Shown here one piece after another: positions 19,199-27,366 of a stretch of 27,755 bases of DNA. A program made the position numbers and the translations under genes. The notes under the pieces were generated by a model. It did no database searches. It was not told where the DNA came from and saw only the letters and a program-made list of their open reading frames with translations. Position 1 is the first letter of the stretch; the number at the start of each line of letters is the position of its first letter. Source of the DNA: a virus (taxonomy: Duplodnaviria; Caudoviricetes); the IMG/VR virus record IMGVR_UViG_3300048611_000003, positions 1 to 27,755 of that record, one strand, 5' to 3'.

Positions 19199-19199
19199 A

Positions 19200-19889
19200 C
19201 TACACCGCCTTCATTTGAATTGCTTGTTTGTCTACTATATCCCTATGCATCTGTCTCAAACCACGTTCATACTCATTTAAGGCTACTTCTGCTTGCTCTA
19301 CGTTTTCACGGAACATCCAAAGAAAGTACCTAGCCCTAGATATAAGAACAGTATAGTACCGATCCGGTATAACAACCGTATCAGAAGAATTTGTTAGTAG
19401 TGTTGGTTTAGACCAAGCGGCAAAGGTTACTGTAAAATCACTATCATCTGGGTATGGAGACAAACCAAATCCATCATCACTCTTGAGGCGATAGACAAAT
19501 ATAGGTTCACCACCTTCAGTGGAATTTTCTAGATCCCTTACCTTTAAATGTCTGACATAGAAATCTATATCTATGGGTTGAAGAAAAGAACGATAACTCC
19601 CATCAGCAGACGTTATAAAGAAACTATCCCAATCTATGCGGTCTACACCTGTATCAAATGTATAAGTAGGTTGTAGGTTTACAGTGTCTACAGAAATCTT
19701 AGCTGTAGTCTTTTCGCTGAGGAAAGGCCATTCCTTTGAGTAATTTAAAATATCTGCATAGGCACGGTTAACCATCTCCTTTGCTGCAGCCTGTAAGCCA
19801 CGGGGAGAGGGGAAGTTAGCCTCAGTGATAGGGACTTCATTAATATCCCGCAAGGCTATGTTAACTAGTTCAATATAAGTCTTAGCCAT
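19200..19889 (-). CDS. tail tubular protein A / head-tail adaptor
   Basis: 229 aa, after the capsid gene. Motifs 'TYIELVNIALRDINEV', 'EWPFL', 'GLSPYPD' and 'DTVVIPDRY'. Confidence 0.8.
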   Translation of the reverse strand: MAKTYIELVNIALRDINEVPITEANFPSPRGLQAAAKEMVNRAYADILNYSKEWPFLSEKTTAKISVDTVNLQPTYTFDTGVDRIDWDSFFITSADGSYRSFLQPIDIDFYVRHLKVRDLENSTEGGEPIFVYRLKSDDGFGLSPYPDDSDFTVTFAAWSKPTLLTNSSDTVVIPDRYYTVLISRARYFLWMFRENVEQAEVALNEYERGLRQMHRDIVDKQAIQMKAV

Positions 19890-19937
19890 TTGTGTGTGTC
19901 ACTCTCATTTAAGTACAAAATTAATATTTGTTTATTG

Positions 19938-19980
19938 ACAAAGAAAAGGGCACGAGGGCTTTGAGGCCCAAGCGCCCTTC
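19938..19980 (-). terminator. intrinsic terminator downstream of the major capsid gene
   Basis: The mRNA reads AAGGGCGC-TT-GGGC-CTCAAA-GCCC-TC-GTGCCCTT followed by TTCTTTGT, a GC-rich hairpin with a U-rich tail. It sits at the position equivalent to T7 T-phi. Confidence 0.8.
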
Positions 19981-20023
19981 CTAATGCAGTTAACCAAAGT
20001 TAACTTAAGTGTCACTATCCAAA

Positions 20024-20965
20024 TTACGGAGTCAGGTCTGCGTTAGTGTAAGTTACACGTGCAACAGCCAGAGCTTCCGGACGGATAATACCACGACCGT
20101 ATACATGCAGACCACGAACTATATCAGAGAAGGTGGTCTGAGAACGGAACTTCTCAGTCTTCACGATAGCATTAGCAGTAGCAGTAGAGGACATGTGACC
20201 AGCCATCAAGACGTCATGAGTCTCAACAGTAGTCAGAGTATCAAAGGTCGGAGCATTGTTGGTTACGTACAGGCTAAAGCCACGCAGCTTACCAGACTGA
20301 ACCAGACCATTCTGGAGAGTAGCCATACCACCATTGAAGTCAGCATTGATGAGCTTAGAGTCAGCCTTCATCAGTACTTCTACTCCACGCGGAGGCAGGA
20401 CAATCCAACGATTCTCTTCAGGTACATCCTGTTCAGAGAGCAGACGGCCCAACTGAGACATGGTGTTAAGGAGAGCATCAGGAGTAGTCAGGTCAATCAG
20501 GTTAGCGAACTCAGTATCGTTAACTACGTTAGCTGCCAGAGCACCAGTAGACATATGAGTCATGACCTTTGCATCATAGTCATTCTTCAATGAGTAAGCT
20601 GCAGAAGATGTTGCCATCGGGATCCAGTTGATATGCGAAATTTTCTGTTCGATATCATCTAAATGGAACTCAAAGTACTTAGCCTGATCAAGAATCAGAG
20701 TAATCTCATCGTCTGCCAGAGCCTGAGCAGTGGTAGTAAGACCACGGGTGTAATCAGCAATTGTGATTACTGGCTCTTTGATGATACGTACTGTATCACC
20801 GTAAGAACTAATTTCACCGAAGTAATCGGTATTGGTGATTGCTTCAACTACAGAACGACGACGGAAAAAGTTTAGTACTTTCTGACTAAAAATTTCCGGT
20901 ACGAAATTACCAGTAGGGGAAGCACCACCGAAGTTGGTAGTTGAACCACCAGCGAAATGTGCCAT
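20024..20965 (-). CDS. major capsid protein (HK97 fold)
   Basis: 313 aa, after the scaffold gene. Motifs 'GNFVPEIFSQKVL', 'ITNTDYFGEISSYGDTVRI', 'DVPEENRW', 'GKLRGF' and 'FSDIVRGLHVYGRGIIRPEAL'. Strong high-expression codon bias. Confidence 0.93.
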   Translation of the reverse strand: MAHFAGGSTTNFGGASPTGNFVPEIFSQKVLNFFRRRSVVEAITNTDYFGEISSYGDTVRIIKEPVITIADYTRGLTTTAQALADDEITLILDQAKYFEFHLDDIEQKISHINWIPMATSSAAYSLKNDYDAKVMTHMSTGALAANVVNDTEFANLIDLTTPDALLNTMSQLGRLLSEQDVPEENRWIVLPPRGVEVLMKADSKLINADFNGGMATLQNGLVQSGKLRGFSLYVTNNAPTFDTLTTVETHDVLMAGHMSSTATANAIVKTEKFRSQTTFSDIVRGLHVYGRGIIRPEALAVARVTYTNADLTP

Positions 20966-20969
20966 TTTT

Positions 20970-21020
20970 GGTTACCTCAAAATTTATATTAGTAGGGTAA
21001 CCTCTTTTATAAGGTTACCT
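20970..21020 (-). promoter_or_regulatory. three mutually complementary GGT(A/T)ACC elements between the scaffold stop and the capsid RBS
   Basis: mRNA: AGGTAACCT-TATAAAAG-AGGTTACC-CTACTAATATAAATTTT-GAGGTAACC-AAAA-ATG. Confidence 0.55.
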
Positions 21021-21911
21021 TATTCGGCCTTCAGACATAGCTTCATCCAGTTCTTCTTCGAATTTTTCGAATTGACCTGATGCTATAATCTGGCGAATTT
21101 CATCACGAGACCAAATACGTTTGTTGGTATCACCTACACTAATAGAACTGCCAGAAACACTGACAGAATCCGCAGCGGAAGTGTCCATAGTATTCCGTGT
21201 CTCATTAGACTCCTTCCCTTTACGAGAAGGCATCTGCTTAGTAATACCGGTATCAAGTTTGTAGAGGTCCAAAGAACGGATGAAAAGAGCTGCATCATTT
21301 GAATTATCTTTTACCCAAGACTGAACACCTAAAGCTTGCTTTTCTAACCAGACTGAAAAGTCCTGGCCTTTAACAATCTCTAAATAATCAGGATGGGCTT
21401 TAGCAATCTCAGCGAAAGCACGAGCCTGTTCAGCTTCAGCTAACTTTTCTTCTAACTGCTGAATACGATTACCAGACTTATTACCTAACTCAGATGCTTG
21501 ATGGTAAGCTAATGACAGCATAACATCGTAGAACTCTGGGTGCTGTTCACGAAAAGATTCCATCTCCTCCATAGTTTTAGGAGGATTGAAACTATTTTTC
21601 TTTTCGAGACTTACTTCGAGATCTTGTACTTTGTTACGCAAATCAGGAACTACAGTATCATAATGCTTCTTTAAATCTTTCCAACGTTTCTCAAACGTTT
21701 CTTCCTTAGAGTCGCTCTCATTAGGGCTACTGCCCTTTTTATCAGAAGTATCCGATTTGTTATCTTTACTCTGGGTATCAGAATTCTGCAGATCCTGGTC
21801 AGTGTATCGAACGTACGGGTTCTGTTCCGCCACTGTATCTTCTTCGTCCAGTTCATTCATAACTGCGACATTGAAGTATGGACGTGGCTTATATTTTTTA
21901 GTATTACTCAT
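21015..21911 (-). CDS. capsid scaffolding protein
   Basis: 298 aa, between portal and capsid. Acidic disordered N-terminus, coiled coil starting 'EETFEKRWKDLKKHYD', 'KAHPDY', and C-terminus 'EELDEAMSEGRIR'. Confidence 0.85.
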   Translation of the reverse strand: MSNTKKYKPRPYFNVAVMNELDEEDTVAEQNPYVRYTDQDLQNSDTQSKDNKSDTSDKKGSSPNESDSKEETFEKRWKDLKKHYDTVVPDLRNKVQDLEVSLEKKNSFNPPKTMEEMESFREQHPEFYDVMLSLAYHQASELGNKSGNRIQQLEEKLAEAEQARAFAEIAKAHPDYLEIVKGQDFSVWLEKQALGVQSWVKDNSNDAALFIRSLDLYKLDTGITKQMPSRKGKESNETRNTMDTSAADSVSVSGSSISVGDTNKRIWSRDEIRQIIASGQFEKFEEELDEAMSEGRIR

Positions 21912-21921
21912 TTGTTAAATT

Positions 21922-21992
21922 CCTCAGGCCGATGCATCTTGAGGTCTCCACTAACACTCCGTGTTTACTGTGGACTCTGTGTATCGGGTAGC
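21922..21992 (-). promoter_or_regulatory. structured 5' leader of the scaffold gene
   Basis: Nested stems CCGAT/ATCGG, TCCAC/GTGGA and AACAC-GGA-GTGTT. An alternative CCTCA/TGAGG pairing would cover the RBS. Confidence 0.55.
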
Positions 21993-22011
21993 TTTGGTTA
22001 TGTCTCAATAT

Positions 22012-22017
22012 ATTATA
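22012..22017 (-). promoter_or_regulatory. possible -10 box (TATAAT) for a scaffold-capsid transcript
   Basis: Perfect TATAAT in a very AT-rich patch (22006-22030) just upstream of the structured leader. No recognisable -35 box. Confidence 0.3.
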
Positions 22018-22029
22018 TTAACTATAATA

Positions 22030-22260
22030 TTACCGGTGGCTAGATTCTTTCTCTAGGCGGGAGACTACATTAGGGAGATCAAGAAGACGACGTATGGTTT
22101 TAATAGAACCTTGCACCTCCTTTATTCTCTCAAGGGTGTCAGCATACACCAATCTATTAATCTCTTCCCCTAAAATTTCATTCATATATTTAGAGAGAGG
22201 AGCCCAATATTGCGGTGTGTTGACAATTATTTTACAATCTTCAATTATCTTAGGGTCCAT
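22030..22260 (-). CDS. small hypothetical protein between portal and scaffold
   Basis: Likely starts at MDPKIIEDC, immediately after the portal stop, giving 76 aa. Helical, with 'IKEVQGSIKTIRRLLDL' typical of the small portal-adjacent gene in podophages. Confidence 0.75.
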   Translation of the reverse strand: MDPKIIEDCKIIVNTPQYWAPLSKYMNEILGEEINRLVYADTLERIKEVQGSIKTIRRLLDLPNVVSRLEKESSHR

Positions 22261-22261
22261 A

Positions 22262-24424
22262 TTATACCCCACCCATAGCAGACATAGCAGCAGTGGCTTC
22301 ACCACCAGCTACGGCACCTGCCTCATTACCAGTAAAACCTTGTTCGCCTGGCATAGGAGCAGCTACTTCGGGGGCACCAGGAGAACCAGAGACGGCTCCC
22401 CCTTGTCCTTGTAGATTCATAGAACCAATAACAGCGGCGTATATAGCCTGTTCCTCTGGGTTATTAAGAATCTCATTTGGATCCATATCCATAGAGACTG
22501 CAATCTCCCTGACAATATAAGGGAGTTTAATAAGAGGAGCTATCATTGGATTCATTGATAACTGAAGGAATGTATTCAAACGCTGGGAACGAATCTCTTT
22601 AGCTTGTAAAGAAGAAGATCCCATAGCCTTAACTTCGAGATCACCTTTGATAGTAACATCTGGGTTGAACTGCATCTCCCATCGGAAGTGAGCTTCACCC
22701 AAAGGCTTCAACATGTAATCATCGATGTTTCTAATAACAGTCTTAATATTTAAAGACGCGTTACTTAATAGCATAGACATCCCGGATGCAGTACGAGTCG
22801 GACTCATAACACCCATCTGCCCATGTGCAAAGGAGGGGATTCCGGTAGATTCATCCGCTAGCTGACGAAATCGATCAAACATCATCATGTTCTCAGGCGC
22901 CGTATTAGGGAACTTAATACCATGAATAGCTTGACCCGCTCCACCATTCTGATGACGGAAGATTTTACCTGGCTCCATAGACATATCTTGTCCCGGGATT
23001 AGCAGGGATTCATCTATATCGAATACCATATTACCCGCTAGAGCTAGGTTATCAACGGCCAATCTTGCAAACCCATTCATCATAGCTTGGCTATCTTGCA
23101 TGGATTCAGGAACGCCGGTACCCCAGATCGAGTATGGATCTAACTCATAAGGTACAATGTAGTAAGGAATCCTATGTGGAATAAACGGATTAACTACTAC
23201 ACGTAAAACCTCATTGCCAGAAATCCATACATTAACCTGAACATAATCCTCAATCATATTGTCTAGATTGAGATTAAACTTTTCAAGCTTAGCACGATCC
23301 ATGTACCCCCAGAACTCAAGTACTTCATATAGACGTTCTTCAGATTCTGAGAAATTACTTTCATCTAATACATTTTCATAAGACTGCCTAACCCAGTTAC
23401 CTGGTTTAACTAACAGTCTGTCTATTGCATCAGGATTAAAATGTGGACGATTCTTTAGAGTACGGAGTTTATTATTATTCATGCGATGACGCTGAATCAA
23501 CCATTCCATAGAATCATTAGATATAGCATTTGGATCAGGGTACACATCCCACGCTGAAACCATAGAAGTCTCATTAGACTTTACAAGTTTAGGAGAATAC
23601 ACCATATCCCCAAGCTCATCTTCTTCCCATTTAGGTAATTCTTTATTAATATTGAACGGGCCTTTCATGACCCCAGTACCTAAGAGACACATCTCAAAAA
23701 TAGCTTTGCGTACTTCCGTACGGGCATTACTCTCTTCAAGACGGTCGTGTATAACCTTTTCCATACGACGAGCTAACTCTTTAGCAATAGGTATAGAAGG
23801 ACCTCCATCCTTGCTTATCCCTTCCGCCAAAGGAGTTTCACCGTCTTTAGATAACTCATCCTTTAAGCCACCTAAGAAAGATAGATTCTCTCCTGTAGCT
23901 CCAGGTGCAAGAGTAAGCCCATCACCCTCAAACCCTACACCACCAACAGGTCCCTCAGGAACTTCTGATGTGTGTGACGGCTCTTCATCCATATCTGTTT
24001 TAAGATGTGCAAACTCTGATACACCTTGTGGTATCTCAGTGCTAGTAATATGGATTGGGAAGACTCCATCTGAGAACAACGCTTCAACGATCTGGGCATA
24101 AGCAGCCCTAACTTTCACGGTAGTCGTGCGTATGAAAGTTTTATTTTGCTCGCTGTCACGGAAGCGTGCTTCAGTGGAATCATGGCCACGGTAAGAATTT
24201 ACATTACGTAACCATTGATCTTCACGAATTCTACGGGCCCTTTCAGACTCTTCGAACTTAGCTTTTATGTCGGAGACTAAAGGAGAGTACAGTTCCATTA
24301 ACCCCTCTTCCATCATGAAGTCTCGATCTTCATTGTCTTGATCTGCTACAGGGGCAGCATCAGAAAGATCCATCTGCTCATCAGAAGATTCTTTAATCTC
24401 ATCGAATAATTTATTGTTAGCCAT
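22262..24424 (-). CDS. portal protein
   Basis: 720 aa, after TerL. Motifs 'FEMCLLGTGVMKGP', 'VSAWDVYPDPNA', 'PYELDPYSIWGTGVPE' and 'RTASGMSML'. GGAG RBS. Confidence 0.92.
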   Translation of the reverse strand: MANNKLFDEIKESSDEQMDLSDAAPVADQDNEDRDFMMEEGLMELYSPLVSDIKAKFEESERARRIREDQWLRNVNSYRGHDSTEARFRDSEQNKTFIRTTTVKVRAAYAQIVEALFSDGVFPIHITSTEIPQGVSEFAHLKTDMDEEPSHTSEVPEGPVGGVGFEGDGLTLAPGATGENLSFLGGLKDELSKDGETPLAEGISKDGGPSIPIAKELARRMEKVIHDRLEESNARTEVRKAIFEMCLLGTGVMKGPFNINKELPKWEEDELGDMVYSPKLVKSNETSMVSAWDVYPDPNAISNDSMEWLIQRHRMNNNKLRTLKNRPHFNPDAIDRLLVKPGNWVRQSYENVLDESNFSESEERLYEVLEFWGYMDRAKLEKFNLNLDNMIEDYVQVNVWISGNEVLRVVVNPFIPHRIPYYIVPYELDPYSIWGTGVPESMQDSQAMMNGFARLAVDNLALAGNMVFDIDESLLIPGQDMSMEPGKIFRHQNGGAGQAIHGIKFPNTAPENMMMFDRFRQLADESTGIPSFAHGQMGVMSPTRTASGMSMLLSNASLNIKTVIRNIDDYMLKPLGEAHFRWEMQFNPDVTIKGDLEVKAMGSSSLQAKEIRSQRLNTFLQLSMNPMIAPLIKLPYIVREIAVSMDMDPNEILNNPEEQAIYAAVIGSMNLQGQGGAVSGSPGAPEVAAPMPGEQGFTGNEAGAVAGGEATAAMSAMGGV

Positions 24425-24467
24425 TTCTTCTCCTGCTTGGCAAGCAAAACTCTATCTATTAGGTGAC

Positions 24468-26675
24468 TTAAAAACTAAAGTAGTTATTAACCCTGTCCCA
24501 CTTACTGGGTTCTTTAAAACGAACTAACCTTTCATCTAACGTTTCAACCCTAGGCCTAGACATTACACCATAACGTAAAGCATCTAGAGCATCCCAATGT
24601 CCATCTGAGGTTCTAGTTTGATTTAAATCCATTGGCTTGTTTAAATCCTTTTTAGCCCCTGATAATTGTCTCACTGTATTCACACAAGTATTAAATATCA
24701 TTAACCTGGGGGTACCAGTCTTAGGGTTAGCTCTCAGATGTTCATGTATTTGTAGCCAACCTGACTCTCTACTCTTATCTGCAGGTCTCATACGAAACCC
24801 AGGGACAGATATCATAGACTCTGCTATAGATGGGCCTGTATGCCCTGTCTTAGCGTACACAGAGTAGTCTACTGGGTGGTCAACGTATACAAGTTCCTCA
24901 GCTTCCCTGGCTTTAATAGCAGAAGCGAACTCTCGACCAGTTAAACCAGTCTCTATCAGTTCATCATATACAATTAAACAGCCATCTTCTGGATTTACTG
25001 CAAACCATACAGCAGCAGCAGGATCATTATACCCATAATCTAAGCCACACACTCTATTCCAATGCTTTGGTATGTAGAATGGCTCACACACATGGGTCTC
25101 TATGCTGAATTCAGTAAACATAGCATCATTAGATGCCATCCAATCCCCATCAAGTAGCTGTCTACGCTCTACTTCTGGTAGAGACTCTAGCATAGCCCGA
25201 TATTCCCCATCATAATCAAGGTGTGGGTTATCTGCTAGCTTAGCTGGTATGAATTTAGCTGTACGAGGCTTAGATGTACCTATAGAAGGGGGGTAAATGA
25301 AGGTAGTTTCGGGTGGGGCAGGTGCTATAAACCTATCATACACCCACTGAGAACCGGGGTTAGCCGTAGCACGTATATAAGTCTGTATTTCTTTAGCTCT
25401 CACAGGCTTACGGGTACGAGACATGAGCCAAGCGAAGCCTTCATCAGTAGGATACTGAGATAATTCATCAAATCCTACATAAGTATAGTCCTGACCTTGG
25501 TATCTAAGCTTATCTTTAGCAGTTTCCATGAAGGAAAACCAGATCTTAGCCCCCGAAGGGAACTTCCAAGTGTTCTCACCTGCCATCCACTTAGGTTTAG
25601 GGGTTAACATATCGTATAATTCTAAGGAAATATCTATTAATTGCCGCAATTCAGGCATGGTTCTACGAATTATTACTACGTTATGGTCCCTACAATGTAC
25701 AAACCTTAGAGGATCTAAGATAAGAGAGTAAGATTTACCACCACCAGCAGCTCCACCGTACAAAACTAGGTTCTCTGGTGCAGATAAAAACTTATATTGA
25801 CGTGGGGTAGGCAGGAATGCTACCTTCCTCTCATCATATTTATGTTCACCAAGGATAATCTCTTGGTATACACGCATACATTCTGTTTCATCTACGTTAG
25901 TAGATAACATTTCATTGTATGTATCTATTAAATTATCTTTGATTATAATATTTGGTACGGCCATTCTGGCCGAATTACGTTTTTCTTTAACACAATCAAA
26001 GAGAGAATCAAAAGATAAGGTCGGATCTATTCCTCCTTTCAGAGGATCCCCAGATATCTGTAGACTTCTAGCAGCTCTAGCTGCCTTCATCTTTAGAGCT
26101 GACTTACGTTTCTGTAATATTCTTAACTCTTTCTGAACCCTAGTAATTACTTTCTTCTTAGCTACTTTCTTTTTATTTTCAGTAGAGTAATTGAAGAATC
26201 CTTTCTTACCTTCCTTAACACGTTTTATCCTACGCTCTTCTCGTATCTTCTTAATACGTTCTGAGCTAGTTTCTTTTACACGAAGGTTAAGTATGCCCTC
26301 AAGCTTTGTGAACACAAGGGATAAGCCACCCTGTGATTCTATAAAGCCTGCATCTTCATGCTTATCACAATACTGTTGGATTAACTCTAACGACTCTCTA
26401 AGAGATCTACTACCTTTGTACCTGAACTCATAAAGAAGTTTTATTACCTTACACAGTAGTTCAGGTATAGGTTCGTAGCTAGAAGATTCTTCTTTCCACA
26501 CAGTATAGCCTAAGCTATTACTCTTTGTTCTTCGAGTCCTTGGTGTAGTAAGAACTCGGATGAGGTCATCCTCGTAGTTTTCATTACACTCATAGAACTC
26601 AGGGTACAATACTTCTTGTACGTAGCTCTCCGATAGGAGACTAGGCCTTTCGGCCCTTTGTTCTAATAAGTTCAT
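24468..26675 (-). CDS. terL: terminase large subunit with a long N-terminal extension
   Basis: Walker A GGAAGGGKS, Walker B YVGFDE, coupling motif RATANPG, and RNase H-like nuclease GLDYGYNDP...DALDALRY. The ATPase begins only around aa 285. Confidence 0.95.
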   Translation of the reverse strand: MNLLEQRAERPSLLSESYVQEVLYPEFYECNENYEDDLIRVLTTPRTRRTKSNSLGYTVWKEESSSYEPIPELLCKVIKLLYEFRYKGSRSLRESLELIQQYCDKHEDAGFIESQGGLSLVFTKLEGILNLRVKETSSERIKKIREERRIKRVKEGKKGFFNYSTENKKKVAKKKVITRVQKELRILQKRKSALKMKAARAARSLQISGDPLKGGIDPTLSFDSLFDCVKEKRNSARMAVPNIIIKDNLIDTYNEMLSTNVDETECMRVYQEIILGEHKYDERKVAFLPTPRQYKFLSAPENLVLYGGAAGGGKSYSLILDPLRFVHCRDHNVVIIRRTMPELRQLIDISLELYDMLTPKPKWMAGENTWKFPSGAKIWFSFMETAKDKLRYQGQDYTYVGFDELSQYPTDEGFAWLMSRTRKPVRAKEIQTYIRATANPGSQWVYDRFIAPAPPETTFIYPPSIGTSKPRTAKFIPAKLADNPHLDYDGEYRAMLESLPEVERRQLLDGDWMASNDAMFTEFSIETHVCEPFYIPKHWNRVCGLDYGYNDPAAAVWFAVNPEDGCLIVYDELIETGLTGREFASAIKAREAEELVYVDHPVDYSVYAKTGHTGPSIAESMISVPGFRMRPADKSRESGWLQIHEHLRANPKTGTPRLMIFNTCVNTVRQLSGAKKDLNKPMDLNQTRTSDGHWDALDALRYGVMSRPRVETLDERLVRFKEPSKWDRVNNYFSF

Positions 26676-26678
26676 TGT

Positions 26679-27074
26679 CTACTGTTCCTCTGGGAGTACT
26701 AGCTCTGCTTTAGCTGGTATAAAGAAGATAGGTTGTTCCTTATCACCACTAAGTTCTATACTCTGCTTCTTGTTAATACCTACACGGTCTAAGACACCCT
26801 CTACTGCTTTCAATCTAATGTCAGCACCAGGGATAGACTTATCCTCATCCATAGCGTCTACTAGCTTACGGACAGCCTTAGGGGCATTCGAAGCGAGATA
26901 CTGCTGTGCACGGGTTAAGATTTCATCTGCTAGATTCTTTACAAGAGTGGTATGGTAAGTCCTTTCATACCCAGCTTTCTCACAAGCACGGAGAGTATTG
27001 CCCATGCACTCATCATCATGGAATAGATACTCCATGAATAACTCTTGCTGAGCAGTAAGATCTTTATCGGACAT
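26679..27074 (-). CDS. terS: terminase small subunit
   Basis: 131 aa, immediately upstream of terL. HTH-like N-terminus 'LTAQQELFMEYL...RACEKAGY', then 'RLKAVEGVLDRVG' and C-terminal 'IFFIPAK'. Confidence 0.85.
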   Translation of the reverse strand: MSDKDLTAQQELFMEYLFHDDECMGNTLRACEKAGYERTYHTTLVKNLADEILTRAQQYLASNAPKAVRKLVDAMDEDKSIPGADIRLKAVEGVLDRVGINKKQSIELSGDKEQPIFFIPAKAELVLPEEQ

Positions 27075-27090
27075 TAACTGTTACCTGCCT

Positions 27091-27154
27091 TACTTATGAA
27101 CATTATCGAATGAATATGCGGTAATGTGTTATTTATGAACATTATCGAACGAAT
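27091..27154. repeat. 25-bp imperfect direct repeat with a 39-bp period
   Basis: tacttatgaacattatcgaatgaat (27091-27115) vs tatttatgaacattatcgaacgaat (27130-27154), sharing a 17-bp exact core. Confidence 0.9.
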
Positions 27155-27311
27155 GGAACATACCACATCCAGTACACTCATATCCAGTTTGGTATATATA
27201 GAAAGAAGAGTGGAAGTTAGAATTGGTAAGAGTCTTACACGGACATGCATAGACTAACACATCCATATCTGGTTTCTTAGTTGCTTTGTTAAAGTCTAGT
27301 ATGTCGGCCAT
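27129..27311 (-). CDS. small Cys-rich, zinc-ribbon-like protein
   Basis: CPC...CTGC motif. GGAGG lies 8 nt before the ATG at 27311 (MADILDF). Confidence 0.6.
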   Translation of the reverse strand: MADILDFNKATKKPDMDVLVYACPCKTLTNSNFHSSFYIYQTGYECTGCGMFHSFDNVHK

Positions 27312-27366
27312 TAGCATGTCCTCCATACATCGACCTTACGGTCTCCGAGTATGTTGTCCACTGTAG

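Noticed and set aside
19935-19940. Plus-strand TTGACA as an antisense promoter
   Set aside because: No -10 box at the proper spacing; that position falls within the terminator hairpin.
19981-20030. Capsid C-terminal frameshift extension (T7 10B-like)
   Set aside because: No obvious slippery site, and a terminator follows within about 45 nt, leaving no room for an extension domain.
24468-26675. Intein or intron in terL explaining its length
   Set aside because: The ATPase and nuclease motifs are contiguous, the extra length is N-terminal, and no intein splice or homing-endonuclease motifs were seen.
376-26958. All other plus-strand ORFs (e.g. 20009..20593, 12177..12737, 7074..7550) and short nested minus-strand ORFs (2979..3164, 21671..21856)
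   Set aside because: They overlap well-supported minus-strand genes, have S/L/P-rich shadow composition and show no recognisable motifs.
27091-27154. Mini-CRISPR array
   Set aside because: Only two 25-bp copies with a 14-bp gap, no cas genes, and one copy is coding.
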